Of a stretch of DNA of 25,017 nt, positions 7,548 to 16,884 are shown piece after piece (the stretch's first letter is position 1; every line of letters starts with the position of its first letter). Location of the stretch: the NCBI GenBank assembly GCA_041744215.1, contig JBGTLG010000037.1:1-25017 (forward strand), given 5' to 3'. The notes under the pieces were generated by a model. It saw only the letters and a list, made by a program, of their open reading frames with translations. It ran no database searches and was not told where the DNA came from. Position numbers and translations under genes: made by a program. This DNA comes from Fimbriimonadales bacterium. GTDB taxonomy: Bacteria; Armatimonadota; Fimbriimonadia; Fimbriimonadales; ATM1.

Positions 7548-9850
7548 GCTGCTTCCTCGCTTTCGGATGGTGGGCGCAGCTTAAGCAAGGCAAAGACGCC
7601 GATGGCAGCAACCGCTAGGACTGTGATTTCGCCCAATGTGTCCAGTGCACGAAAATCAACGAGGATAACGTTGACGACATTTCGCCCAAATGCTTCGGTG
7701 TATGCGTTAGAAGCGTAATACTGACGAAGGTGGGAGTCGGCAGGCCCCGAACTTGCGACCAGCACAAGGCTGGCCATGAGAGCACCGACTCCGGATGCAA
7801 TCACTGCGTCCCTCAGTCTTGTTCGTCGCCGCGAGAGTCGAATGAACTGTGGCAAGCGGTACAGCACGAAGACGAACAGTACGACGGAGAGCGTTTCAAT
7901 GCAAAGCTGAGTCATCGTAAGATCCGGTGCGCCGTACAGCATAAAGATTAGTGAAACGGCATAGCCGAGGACTCCTAACGCAACGATCGCGGTGAGCCTT
8001 GACGATGCTCTCACCAAGATCGCGATTGCGCTCACCATCACAATCACAAGCGCCGCTTCATGTACCCGCAGGTCGAATGTTAGGGCCAACGAACTCCAAT
8101 CTGTGTGGAGGATGAACACTGCACCTGCGCCCGTGGTTGTGACGCAGATCGTTACGAGGATGTATCGACGCAGGTAGCCGTTTTGCAGAGTACTCGCTTG
8201 CCACTGGGCGAAGCGGAGCAAACCGTCCAAGGTGCGGTCATAGGCTCTAGCGGCGCCGAACAGGCCATTATCGAAGAGACCCTCGGTCAGTTTTCGTATC
8301 ATCGGCATCGCTGCATAGAGTCCCAGGCCGGCAGCGATCGTCAATAAACTTAGCGCGAGGACGAGGTTGAATCCATGCCACGACTTCAACTCTATCGTTG
8401 CAGTCGCCTCTGAGATCGCTGAAACCGTCGGATAAACGATGTTGCCACCCAGGAACGGTGCAGCGAAGAAACATACTAAACCTGCCAACGAGAGCACGAT
8501 CGGTCCAATCCACATTGAGACCGGAGGCGATTTGGCGACAATAGGAGAGGCAGTTGTAGCAAAGAAGGGACGCATCCCCGTGAGGATCGCGACTGCAACG
8601 AACATCGCGCTCGAAGCGATAACCACTGTGAGCCACAAACCACCCGCTGCTGGTGCTTGCAATGCAGCGTCGTAAAGCGCTTCCTTTGCAACGAATCCAA
8701 AGAACAGAGGAATCCCGATCATTGAGAGCGCGGCGAGAGAGCCGGCGATGGCGATCATTGGCATCTTATGGAAGAGGCCGCCTAAGACTCTCGCATCTCG
8801 TCCGCCGCTCATTTTCTCAATGGTGCCGGCAACCAAAAAGAGCGTCCCTTTGTATAAGGCATGCGCCAAGACGAGCACGGCCATTGAAAAGATGGCGATT
8901 TCTGTTCCGATGCCCAAGAGCATCGTGAGGCAGCCGAGGATGCTCACGGTTGTGTATGCGAGCATTCTCTTTAGGTCCGTACTCAGCATGCCCATCGTCG
9001 CTCCGAAAAGCATCGTGGCTGCTCCGACACTTGTGACGGTCCACATCCAGACTGGGCTGTCTGCGATTGCTGGATGAAGTCGCGCAAGCAAGAACACTCC
9101 TGCTTTCACCATGGTCGCAGAGTGAAGGTATGCGCTTACGGGCGCGGGGGCTGCCATTGCGTTCGGAAGCCAAAAGTGGAATGGCACTTGTGCGGATTTC
9201 GTGAACGCTCCAAGCAAGATCGTGAACAGTATCAGCGGGTAGAGCGCACTGCTCGCAATTGTCGAGCCAGACGCGTTCAGCGACGAGATGTCCGTACTGC
9301 CGCCCGCTACGCCGAGGAGGATCAACCCCGCGAGGAGCGCGAGCCCTCCGCCTCCTGTGACTAGCAGGGCTTGGAGCGCAGCCGCGCGGGTTTCAGCGCT
9401 TTTGTGGTTGTAGCCGATTAGGAGATACGAGGATATGCTGGTTAGTTCCCAAAAGACGAAGAGAGCGATCAGGTTGTCTGCGAGGACGATGCCGAGCATC
9501 GCTCCCATGAAGAAAAGCAGTAAACAGAAGAACTTCCCTGCGCTTCTGTCCCCTGTGAAGTAACCGCCAGCGAAAACAAGAATGACCGCTCCAATGCCAG
9601 TTACGAGAAGCGCGAACAACAGGCTTAACCCGTCAAGATAAAAGTTGAGATTTGCGCCGAGGCTCGGAACCCATGCCCACTTCTCTGCTATTGGGCTGCC
9701 TGCGGCGATTCCCGGCGCTAGTGAGAGAAAGTAAGCGAACAGGCTCGCAGGCAAAATTGCAAAAAGTGGCGCGCTGAAGCCTCGCGCAACCCGATGAATG
9801 AATGGGGCCGCGATAGCCAGCGCAAACACGGAGCACACTGCCAGTAGCAT
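7544..9850 (-). CDS. mrpA: Na+/H+ antiporter subunit A
   Basis: 768 aa with [46 protein letters not shown] and [19 protein letters not shown]. Confidence 0.96.
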   Translation of the reverse strand: MLLAVCSVFALAIAAPFIHRVARGFSAPLFAILPASLFAYFLSLAPGIAAGSPIAEKWAWVPSLGANLNFYLDGLSLLFALLVTGIGAVILVFAGGYFTGDRSAGKFFCLLLFFMGAMLGIVLADNLIALFVFWELTSISSYLLIGYNHKSAETRAAALQALLVTGGGGLALLAGLILLGVAGGSTDISSLNASGSTIASSALYPLILFTILLGAFTKSAQVPFHFWLPNAMAAPAPVSAYLHSATMVKAGVFLLARLHPAIADSPVWMWTVTSVGAATMLFGATMGMLSTDLKRMLAYTTVSILGCLTMLLGIGTEIAIFSMAVLVLAHALYKGTLFLVAGTIEKMSGGRDARVLGGLFHKMPMIAIAGSLAALSMIGIPLFFGFVAKEALYDAALQAPAAGGLWLTVVIASSAMFVAVAILTGMRPFFATTASPIVAKSPPVSMWIGPIVLSLAGLVCFFAAPFLGGNIVYPTVSAISEATATIELKSWHGFNLVLALSLLTIAAGLGLYAAMPMIRKLTEGLFDNGLFGAARAYDRTLDGLLRFAQWQASTLQNGYLRRYILVTICVTTTGAGAVFILHTDWSSLALTFDLRVHEAALVIVMVSAIAILVRASSRLTAIVALGVLGYAVSLIFMLYGAPDLTMTQLCIETLSVVLFVFVLYRLPQFIRLSRRRTRLRDAVIASGVGALMASLVLVASSGPADSHLRQYYASNAYTEAFGRNVVNVILVDFRALDTLGEITVLAVAAIGVFALLKLRPPSESEEAA

Positions 9851-9959
9851 GAGTCGAGGGCGGGAGGCGATTTAGACATTGGCCGCTCGCGGCGTATTCT
9901 TACCCGGTCTCCGTGTTTGGCTGGGCTGGCTGAGCAGCCTGGGCGTAAATGGCGTTCGG

Positions 9960-9965
9960 TATAAT
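9960..9965 (+). promoter_or_regulatory. -10 box (TATAAT) for tRNA-Leu
   Basis: Perfect TATAAT 24 nt upstream of the tRNA 5' end. Confidence 0.6.
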
Positions 9966-9989
9966 CTCGGCCGGTCTCACTCACCCTTA

Positions 9990-10076
9990 GCCCTCGTGGT
10001 GAAATTGGTAAACACGCTAGATTCAGATTCTAGTGCCCGCAAGGGCTTGCTGGTTCGAGTCCAGTCGAGGGCACCA
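9990..10076 (+). tRNA. tRNA-Leu(CAG)
   Basis: Acceptor GCCCTCG/CGAGGGC, anticodon arm CTAGA-TTCAGAT-TCTAG, long variable arm GCCC-GCAA-GGGC, T loop TTCGAGT, discriminator A, encoded CCA. Confidence 0.96.
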
Positions 10077-10085
10077 AGCTAACTC

Positions 10086-10865
10086 TTAGCCGCTGTTGGC
10101 TACTCGTGTGCTCAGACTCTCCTCAAGCGGCTTTATCAGCGAGTGCGCCGTCCAGTCGAGGCGGACAGGAGTGACGGAGACGAAGCCTTCATTGACTGCC
10201 CAGACGTCGGTTCCCCGCTGCGTGCTGTCAACGACGACGACTCCTCCTTGCCAAAAGTATTCTCTGCCCCACGGGTCTGATCGTTTCTCGACGCGGTCTT
10301 CATAGACGCGCATCCCCATCGCAGTGATTTTGGTGCCCCGGATCTCTTGAGGGGCGATGCTTGGCACGTTTACATTTAGAATCGAATGGGGGTCGATCGG
10401 GGCGGTTGTAAGCCATTGGAAGTTTTCGAGAAGCCAGGCTTCCGCGGTTTCGTAATGGAGGGGGGCGTCATCGACATACGAGGCGACCGATACGGATATC
10501 GAGCGGATGCCGTTGATCGCACCTTCAAATGCGCCTCCCACCGTTCCAGAGTACGTGATGTCCCATCCGAGGTTGGGACCATTGTTGACTCCGCTGAGTA
10601 CCAAGTCGCACCCATCCTCGAAGAACTCTGTAAGTGCTAGGTTAACGCAGTCCACGGGCAGTCCGTTGACTTCGTAGGCTTCGAAGTCCTCCATCTCGAC
10701 CTTCTTTAGGCGAAGGGGATCCCTTAGTGTCATTGCATGGCCACACGCGCTCCTCTCGCGGTCAGGCGCGATGCAAACAACGCGCCCGTATCGCGCCGCT
10801 ACACGGGCGAGCGTCTTCAGCCCGGAGGTGTTTATCCCGTCATCGTTTGTCACCAGAATCTGCAT
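10086..10865 (-). CDS. surE: 5'/3'-nucleotidase SurE
   Basis: ILVTNDDG, AP....SACGH, SGVN.GPN.G..I.YSGTVG and LNVNVP motifs. Confidence 0.96.
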   Translation of the reverse strand: MQILVTNDDGINTSGLKTLARVAARYGRVVCIAPDRERSACGHAMTLRDPLRLKKVEMEDFEAYEVNGLPVDCVNLALTEFFEDGCDLVLSGVNNGPNLGWDITYSGTVGGAFEGAINGIRSISVSVASYVDDAPLHYETAEAWLLENFQWLTTAPIDPHSILNVNVPSIAPQEIRGTKITAMGMRVYEDRVEKRSDPWGREYFWQGGVVVVDSTQRGTDVWAVNEGFVSVTPVRLDWTAHSLIKPLEESLSTRVANSG

Positions 10866-10928
10866 GAAGGCCGAGTGTACCGGGGCTTAGCTGCGCTGCC
10901 GTGGAAAAAGTAAGGCCGCGGTGGTCAC

Positions 10929-10956
10929 TCGGGTTTGCTCGCGGGCGCGCCGACAC
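10929..10956 (+). promoter_or_regulatory. Candidate sigma-28 (FliA/SigD)-type promoter for the flagellar operon
   Basis: TCGGGTTT-N12-GCCGACAC resembles TAAAGTTT-N11-GCCGATAA and ends 21 nt upstream of the preferred fliL GTG. Confidence 0.35.
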
Positions 10957-10977
10957 TTAAGGAAGAGGACCTTATCC

Positions 10978-11562
10978 GTGTCTGAAGAAGAGAAAGCGCC
11001 AAAGCCCGAAAAGAAGTCGAACAAGCTTATCGTGATTGTGCTCCTGGCCATTTTGTTATGCGGCGGGGGCTTCTTCGGATTTAAGGTAATGAATGCCGGG
11101 AAGAAGGGCGCGCCAGCCAAGTTGAAGGTGGGTTCAACGGTTCAACTCGAGGAGTTCTTGGTCAACTTGGCAGACGGAAAGACGTTCTTGAAGGCCGGGA
11201 TAGCGCTTGGTATCGCGGATGGAATGAAGTTTGGGGAAGGCGGAGATGGGAAAGGGAAAGGCGCGGCAGAGCTACCCGAAGTTCGAGATGCAATCATCAT
11301 CATCCTCACAGCCAAGCAGCCTTCGGATCTCTCGACAACTGAGGGTAAGGAGCGACTGAAGCGCGAGATCGTTGTGCGTCTTAACGAGCTTCTGAACCCT
11401 GCAGGCCACGCCCCGAGGCCTGAGGAAAAGCCCAATTCAGCCGATAAGCCAACTGACAGCCCAAGTCAGGAAGAACCTGGGGCTGAGGTTTCGGAGGAAG
11501 AGCCGAACCGGGGACCGGTCCTCGAGGTGTACTTCACCTCATTTGCGACACAACGGTACTGA
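10978..11562 (+). CDS. fliL: Flagellar basal body-associated protein FliL
   Basis: ORF 10921..11562; GTG at 10978 follows a GAGGA SD. Basic N-terminus, one TM helix, FLVNLAD, EVRDAII, GKERLKREI and EVYFTSF..Q. Confidence 0.93.
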   Translation: MSEEEKAPKPEKKSNKLIVIVLLAILLCGGGFFGFKVMNAGKKGAPAKLKVGSTVQLEEFLVNLADGKTFLKAGIALGIADGMKFGEGGDGKGKGAAELPEVRDAIIIILTAKQPSDLSTTEGKERLKREIVVRLNELLNPAGHAPRPEEKPNSADKPTDSPSQEEPGAEVSEEEPNRGPVLEVYFTSFATQRY

Positions 11563-11592
11563 CCGCTGCGGCTCTTCTTTGAGGAAGAGCAC

Positions 11593-12627
11593 GTGGCCGA
11601 CATACTATCGCCAGAAGAGATCGAAGCGCTCCTTACTTCCCTATCGGGTGAGGAGGACGCAGTCGTGGGCGAGGAGGTGGCGGGCGCGTCACCAGCCGCA
11701 GCGCGTCAGAGCGCGATGCTCGCTGGGCAGGCGGTTTCGAAGTCGCAGCCTGTGGTCAGGAACTACGAGATCTACGATTTTCGCAGGCCGGACAAACTCT
11801 CTAAAGAACAGATCCGCACGCTGAACATGATCCACGAGACCATGGCGCGGCTCACGAGCAGCAGTCTTGCCGCGTTTCTTCGGGCACCCGTGCAAGTTGA
11901 GCTTATGTCCGTCGAACAGGTTCCATACGAGGAGTATCTGCGGAGCATCAACCAGTCTGTCTTTACGATTCTGTCTCTGGCACCGTTGAGCGGGCAAGCG
12001 ATTCTTGAACTTGAGTTCGGTTTGATTTTTGGGATGATCGACCGGATGCTGGGTGGTCCAGGCCGCGCGCTTAATCGATCGTCCTTGACGGATATCGAAA
12101 AACCGCTCGTCAATCAGCTCGTTGAAAAAGTCTTAGGAAGCCTCAAGAGCGCATGGGAAGCTGTCGTTATCGTCAACCCACGTGCTGATGGAATGGAGAC
12201 GAGCGCACAGTTTGTGCAAGTCGCGCCACCTACTGACATCGCCCTCATGGTTCTCTTCGAAGTGAAGATCGGGCAGATGCGAGGTGCGATGAGTCTTTGC
12301 ATTCCGTATCTGGTGTTGAAGCCGATTGCTGGCAAGCTCGCTGGGCAGAAGTGGGCGGCGTCCGCAGGAAGAAAGAAGTCTCCTGTGAACCGCAGGTCTA
12401 TGTCGATGCACGTCAGCAGGACTGAGATTCCCTGCCGTGTGGAGTTAGGCAGAACCTCCGTGGACATACACGAGTTCTTGTCGCTGCAGCCAGGACAGAT
12501 CCTGATGCTTGACAAGAAGAGCGACGTTGTCTCTATCTACGTCAAGGACACTCCGAAGTTTTGTGGCCGCCCCGTTCGATCAGGCGGCAAGCTTGCGATA
12601 CAAGTGATCGGCGAGTACGCCGAATAG
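11593..12627 (+). CDS. fliM: Flagellar motor switch protein FliM
   Basis: N-terminal LSPEEIEALL CheY-binding peptide, YDFRRPDK, DRMLGGPG, LTDIE and a C-terminal SpoA domain. Confidence 0.96.
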   Translation: MADILSPEEIEALLTSLSGEEDAVVGEEVAGASPAAARQSAMLAGQAVSKSQPVVRNYEIYDFRRPDKLSKEQIRTLNMIHETMARLTSSSLAAFLRAPVQVELMSVEQVPYEEYLRSINQSVFTILSLAPLSGQAILELEFGLIFGMIDRMLGGPGRALNRSSLTDIEKPLVNQLVEKVLGSLKSAWEAVVIVNPRADGMETSAQFVQVAPPTDIALMVLFEVKIGQMRGAMSLCIPYLVLKPIAGKLAGQKWAASAGRKKSPVNRRSMSMHVSRTEIPCRVELGRTSVDIHEFLSLQPGQILMLDKKSDVVSIYVKDTPKFCGRPVRSGGKLAIQVIGEYAE

Positions 12628-12639
12628 AGGACATACAGA

Positions 12640-13533
12640 ATGCCGACAATAAAACCCGAGATCATCAACCGCTTCTCCGACGTTCAGACCGCGTTGTGGC
12701 AAGAAGTGAGCAGAGTTGTGAGCGAAAAGTTTGGCCGTGAGATTAACCTCACCTCTCCGCTTCCGATCGGCTCGCGGCCGGAAGACGCCGCAAACGAGAT
12801 TCACGGTCCGATGCTCGTGATCCAGTTTGCATTCGAGTCTCATCCCAATGAGACGCAGTCCCTACTGATGACTCAGGAGTTTGCTAAGCACCTGATATCG
12901 CTCGCGACAGGGACAACTCTCGATGACGTTTCGGCAGATGCGATCGAAACGACGAAACCCTACTTCCTTTCTTTTCACGAAGGGCTGCTCAAAGGAATTC
13001 AGGCTACGAAAGGCGAGAGCATTGCTTCGACAGACGCCGCGTGTACGATCGAGATCTTTTCCCTTCCTCCTAATCTGCAGGCATCGGACGAGATAGTTCG
13101 GGTTCAGATTAGCATTGCTGCGGAATCTCAGACGGGCATCGTCACATGGCTGATTGACGAACCTACAATGCGTACGCTCATGAATCTCCCACTCGCTGAC
13201 AGCGAGGAGGATGGGGATTCTGAACTGCCAGGTCACGGGCCAGCGAAGCTGGTTTCCCGAGAAGAGAGAGATCTGGAAATCTTGTTCGACATCCCGTTGC
13301 AATTGAGCGTCGAATTGGGTCGAGTGTCGCTGCTGGTCCAAGACGTCGTTGATCTAAGCGCAGGGAGCATCATCGAGCTTGAACGTTCTGCAGGTGAGCC
13401 CGTGGATGTAATGGTGAACGGCCGTCTCGTCGCACATGGCGAGGTCGTCGTTATCGAAGATAACTTTGGCGTGCGCATTACAGAAATTGTCAGTCCTCAA
13501 GAAAGGGTTCAACGCTTGGGAGAGGCTGCGTGA
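12640..13533 (+). CDS. fliN: FliY-like switch protein: degenerate CheC-like domain plus C-terminal FliN (SpoA) domain
   Basis: C-terminal DIPLQLSVELGR...GSIIELE..AGEPVDVMVNG.LVA.GEVVVI..NFGVRITEI. The roughly 180-aa N-terminal region has CheC/FliY-like spacing by eye. Confidence 0.88.
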   Translation: MPTIKPEIINRFSDVQTALWQEVSRVVSEKFGREINLTSPLPIGSRPEDAANEIHGPMLVIQFAFESHPNETQSLLMTQEFAKHLISLATGTTLDDVSADAIETTKPYFLSFHEGLLKGIQATKGESIASTDAACTIEIFSLPPNLQASDEIVRVQISIAAESQTGIVTWLIDEPTMRTLMNLPLADSEEDGDSELPGHGPAKLVSREERDLEILFDIPLQLSVELGRVSLLVQDVVDLSAGSIIELERSAGEPVDVMVNGRLVAHGEVVVIEDNFGVRITEIVSPQERVQRLGEAA

Positions 13534-13991
13534 AGCTTCTTTCACAGCTTGAGGGTATCGGCCTCGACGCGCTTCGCGATGATCCGATTCCGCCAATGCA
13601 ATCGGCGTCGGGTGGAATCGGATTTCAGTCGCTCTTCCAACTGATGTTGGCTCTCGCGATCGTTGTCATCCTGATCCGTTGGCTCGTTCCGAAGTACGCC
13701 GCGAAGTTCGGCAAGAAGGCGAACCCTGTTAGCAATATTGCGGACCTTGAGGAAGTTGGCGTAGTAACACTCGGTCTAGCAACTGCACATCTCGTCAGAG
13801 TTCGCGGCCGGAGCCTGCTCTTGGGGTCTAGTCCACAAGGGGTCACGCTCATCGCTGACTTGACTGAAGACCCGGGCGTCTTCCATTTGCCTAGGCCTGA
13901 TCAACAGGTCAGCTTGACTGCGACGGAATCGACGGGCGTGCCCTCCGACTTCGAGTCGGTACTCGAGAGGTTGAACAGGCTGGGAGTATGA
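13530..13991 (+). CDS. fliO: Flagellar biosynthesis protein FliO/FliZ
   Basis: Single TM helix then LVRVRGRSLLLGSSPQGVTLIADL; lies between fliN and fliP with 4-bp overlaps. Confidence 0.85.
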   Translation: MKLLSQLEGIGLDALRDDPIPPMQSASGGIGFQSLFQLMLALAIVVILIRWLVPKYAAKFGKKANPVSNIADLEEVGVVTLGLATAHLVRVRGRSLLLGSSPQGVTLIADLTEDPGVFHLPRPDQQVSLTATESTGVPSDFESVLERLNRLGV

Positions 13992-14743
13992 CCTTCCTTG
14001 TGCGGCTCTTTGGCGTAATCTGTTTGCTGTCACTTTCGGTTGCTGCGCTTGGGCAGGCGGCCGGAGACACTTCTATCCCTAGTGTCCGATTCGGAATCGA
14101 CAGCGCGCAGAACCCAGAGGAAGTTGCTACCAGCCTCCAGATCCTCGGAGTACTGACGATCCTTAGCCTTGCGCCCGCGCTGCTGGTGATGACCACTGCA
14201 TTTACAAGAATTGTCGTTGTGTTCTCGTTTATGCGGACAGCTCTTGGAACGCCTTCGATCCCGCCGAACCAAGTGGTCATCGGACTCAGCTTGTTTCTAA
14301 CATTTTTCGTGATGGGCCCGACGTTCGATAAGCTTAACGAGCAGGCCGTTCAGCCTTACATGCGCAAGGAGATCTCATTCGATCAGGCGAAGGACAGAGC
14401 TTGGTCGTCCATGCGAGACTTCATGATTCGGCAGACGTACAAGAAGGACCTAACCCTCTTTGCGAAGATGGGTGGCAAAGCGTATAACAGCATCGAGGAC
14501 GTGGGCTGGCAAGAGTTGGTACCTGCGTTTGTACTGAGCGAGCTCAAGACCGCGTTCATCATAGGCTTTTATATTTTCGTACCGTTCCTTGTAATCGATT
14601 TAGTCGTCGCGAGCACGCTGATGAGCATGGGCATGATGATGCTCCCGCCCGCGATCGTATCTTTGCCAGCGAAGGTCCTTGTCTTTCTGCTTGCGGACGG
14701 ATGGACATTGCTGGTGCAGGCATTGATAGGAGGCTTTAGATGA
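13988..14743 (+). CDS. fliP: Flagellar export gate protein FliP
   Basis: LTILSLAP...MTTAFTRI, PPNQV, PAFVLSELKTAF, MSMGMMMLPP and DGW motifs. Confidence 0.97.
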   Translation: MTFLVRLFGVICLLSLSVAALGQAAGDTSIPSVRFGIDSAQNPEEVATSLQILGVLTILSLAPALLVMTTAFTRIVVVFSFMRTALGTPSIPPNQVVIGLSLFLTFFVMGPTFDKLNEQAVQPYMRKEISFDQAKDRAWSSMRDFMIRQTYKKDLTLFAKMGGKAYNSIEDVGWQELVPAFVLSELKTAFIIGFYIFVPFLVIDLVVASTLMSMGMMMLPPAIVSLPAKVLVFLLADGWTLLVQALIGGFR

Positions 14744-15009
14744 ATCAAGGTGATGTCCTTGAGTTTGGTCGTTCGGCAATCCAAGTGGCGATTTCGCTAA
14801 CTATGCCAATTCTTGGCTTGACGCTGGTTGCTGGCTTGGTTGTTGCGATCTTTCAGGCAGTAACGCAGGTTCAGGAGATGACGCTTACGTACGTCCCGAA
14901 GATCCTTGCGGCGATTCTGGCGTTCACCCTGTTCGGGTCATGGATGTTGACGACGATTGTCAACTTCACTCAACAGGCCTTCATTTCTGCCGAGCGCGTA
15001 ATGAAGTGA
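14740..15009 (+). CDS. fliQ: Flagellar export gate protein FliQ
   Basis: GLVVAIFQAVTQVQEMTLTYVPKI motif; 89 aa. Confidence 0.97.
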   Translation: MNQGDVLEFGRSAIQVAISLTMPILGLTLVAGLVVAIFQAVTQVQEMTLTYVPKILAAILAFTLFGSWMLTTIVNFTQQAFISAERVMK

Positions 15010-15758
15010 ACCTCGACAGCGCACTCCTGGCGGCGTTCTTTGCGGCGTTTCTTCGAACATCTGCAATGGTCTTGGCTGCGCCACTATTCGGAGGCAACGG
15101 CACGCCCGTCATTGTGCGCATATTCTTCGCGGCAGGGTTGAGCTTGTGCCTCACCCCGATTCTCTATGGACAGGTAACCGTGCCGAACGATCTGCTTTCA
15201 CTTTTCTTCTTTGCTGGCAAAGAGATCGCATGTGGACTTCTGATCGGGGTCGCTGTTCAGTTCATTCTTTGGGCCGCAGAGATGGCGGGAAATTTCCTCG
15301 ACATGCAGGTTGGCTTTGGTCTGGGATCGGTTCTGCTGCCCAACCAAGTGATGCCTGCCACGGTTATCTCAAAGTTCAAGTTCATGATCGCGTTGGTGCT
15401 GTTGGTGACGATGAACGGGCACCACCTCCTCGTTCAAGCCTTAGTAGCGAGTTACTCGGCTGGTGAAGCCATATCGTTGGCATCTGCCTACGATCAAATC
15501 ATTGGCGGACTGGTCACGATGTCGATGCTGGCGTTGCAGATCGCTGCCCCAGTGGCGGCGGTAGCCTTTGTTGTAGACGCGGCACTCGGCATTGTGAGCC
15601 GAGCCGTGCCGCAAATCAATATTCTCATGGTCGGCATCAGCGCGAAACTGATGGCTGGCATCGTTGCTGTGGGTATCGCGCTTCCTGCGCTGGGGGCCGG
15701 CGTTTCCAGAGGAATCGAGATCGCAACTGAAGCTCTCGAGAAGACATTCGCGAGATAG
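15006..15758 (+). CDS. fliR: Flagellar export gate protein FliR
   Basis: GTG at 15006 overlaps the fliQ stop (GTGA). Motifs R.......APLF, AG..LDMQVGF, NGHHLL and G...RAVPQIN. Confidence 0.94.
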   Translation: MNLDSALLAAFFAAFLRTSAMVLAAPLFGGNGTPVIVRIFFAAGLSLCLTPILYGQVTVPNDLLSLFFFAGKEIACGLLIGVAVQFILWAAEMAGNFLDMQVGFGLGSVLLPNQVMPATVISKFKFMIALVLLVTMNGHHLLVQALVASYSAGEAISLASAYDQIIGGLVTMSMLALQIAAPVAAVAFVVDAALGIVSRAVPQINILMVGISAKLMAGIVAVGIALPALGAGVSRGIEIATEALEKTFAR

Positions 15759-15761
15759 TCA

Positions 15762-16826
15762 ATGGCAGAACATCCAGCAGGGGAACGTACAGAACAGGCG
15801 ACGCCTCGTAAGCGCAAGCAGGCGCGCGAGAAGGGCACTGTCGCGCGTTCTGTCGATCTCAACTCGTCGTCTGTTATGTTTGCACTGGCAATCTTTTTGC
15901 CGACTCTCGCTGCGGGTGTCGGCTCTGCAATGCTGCAGTCCATGAGGAACGGACTTCAGGTTCAGGATGCAACTGCGGACGTCGCCGCGATTGGACGGCA
16001 CCTCTGGTCGATACTCCAGCCTTTGATTCTCCCTCTGCTTCCAATCTTGTTGATCGGTGTCATCACTGGAGTCTCCGTGGGATTCATGCAGGTTGGCTTC
16101 AAACCTTCGATACAGCCTCTTCAGCCGAAGTTCGAGAGGATCAATCCGATCAATGGTTTTAAGCGACTGCTCTCCAAGCAATCCGCGTTCGAGTTCTTTA
16201 AGACGTGTACGAAGATGCTGCTTATCGCGTACATCGTGTTTGCTGACATACGGTCCAATCAAAACGAGTTGCTGGGTCTATCCGGCATGGGGCCGACACA
16301 GTCGGTTGCATGGGTAGGGCAGTTTTTGGCGGGAATCTTCCTCAAAGTCGCAATGGCTTGGCTCGTTCTTGGTGTAATCGACTACTTGTTCCAGCGCAAA
16401 GTGGTCGAGAAGCAAATCATGATGACGAAAGACGAAGTTAAGCGGGAAATGAAGGAGACGGAGACTTCGCCCGAACTCCGTTCGGAAATGCATCGTCGAA
16501 GGCAGCGACTTGCGCGCTCGCGCATGATGCAGAACGTGAAGCACGCTGACGTCGTGATCACAAACCCGACGGAGTATGCGATTGCCCTGAAGTATGATCC
16601 TAAGAAGAATGCGTCGCCGGTGTGTCTGGCAAAGGGCCGGCACTTGACTGCAGAAAGAATTCGAGAGGAAGCAAAGAAGGCGCGAGTTCCCATCGTGCCG
16701 AACCCACCCCTTGCAAGGTCACTGTTTGACCAAGTGGACGTAGGGGAGCAGATTCCACCGAAGTTGTTCCAGGCTGTTGCCGAAGTCTTGGCTTATGTGT
16801 TCCGCGTGAAGGGTCGACGCCTCTGA
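15762..16826 (+). CDS. flhB: Flagellar export protein FlhB
   Basis: ERTEQATP.K...AREKG.V.RS, INPING.KR, MTKDEVKRE.KE, ADVVITNPTE and PLARSL motifs. Confidence 0.96.
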   Translation: MAEHPAGERTEQATPRKRKQAREKGTVARSVDLNSSSVMFALAIFLPTLAAGVGSAMLQSMRNGLQVQDATADVAAIGRHLWSILQPLILPLLPILLIGVITGVSVGFMQVGFKPSIQPLQPKFERINPINGFKRLLSKQSAFEFFKTCTKMLLIAYIVFADIRSNQNELLGLSGMGPTQSVAWVGQFLAGIFLKVAMAWLVLGVIDYLFQRKVVEKQIMMTKDEVKREMKETETSPELRSEMHRRRQRLARSRMMQNVKHADVVITNPTEYAIALKYDPKKNASPVCLAKGRHLTAERIREEAKKARVPIVPNPPLARSLFDQVDVGEQIPPKLFQAVAEVLAYVFRVKGRRL

Positions 16827-16832
16827 AAAGTT

Positions 16833-16868
16833 CAGGCGCCGCCACGGTTGATACCGTCGCGGCGCCTG
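16833..16868. terminator. GC-rich hairpin between the convergent flhB and TlpA genes (candidate bidirectional terminator)
   Basis: CAGGCGCCGC-C-ACGGT-TGAT-ACCGT-C-GCGGCGCCTG gives 15 bp with one mismatch. U-tracts are weak (AACTTTT on the minus strand). Confidence 0.7.
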
Positions 16869-16884
16869 GGTTCGCGGGACTTAC

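Noticed and set aside
2718..10076. Genomic island integrated at tRNA-Thr or tRNA-Leu (for example carrying mrp)
   Set aside because: I saw no integrase and no duplicated tRNA 3' end. The tRNA 3' ends point away from the mrp block, tRNA-Leu is followed within 10 bp by surE, and mrp GC is similar to the adjacent core genes.
9990..10076. Selenocysteine or opal-suppressor tRNA (TCA appears in the loop)
   Set aside because: The 5-bp stem CTAGA/TCTAG centres CAG as the anticodon, and the 7-bp acceptor stem and A73 discriminator fit Leu.
13988..16826. Non-flagellar type III secretion system
   Set aside because: Linkage with fliL, fliM (with its CheY-binding peptide) and fliO identifies the flagellar export apparatus.
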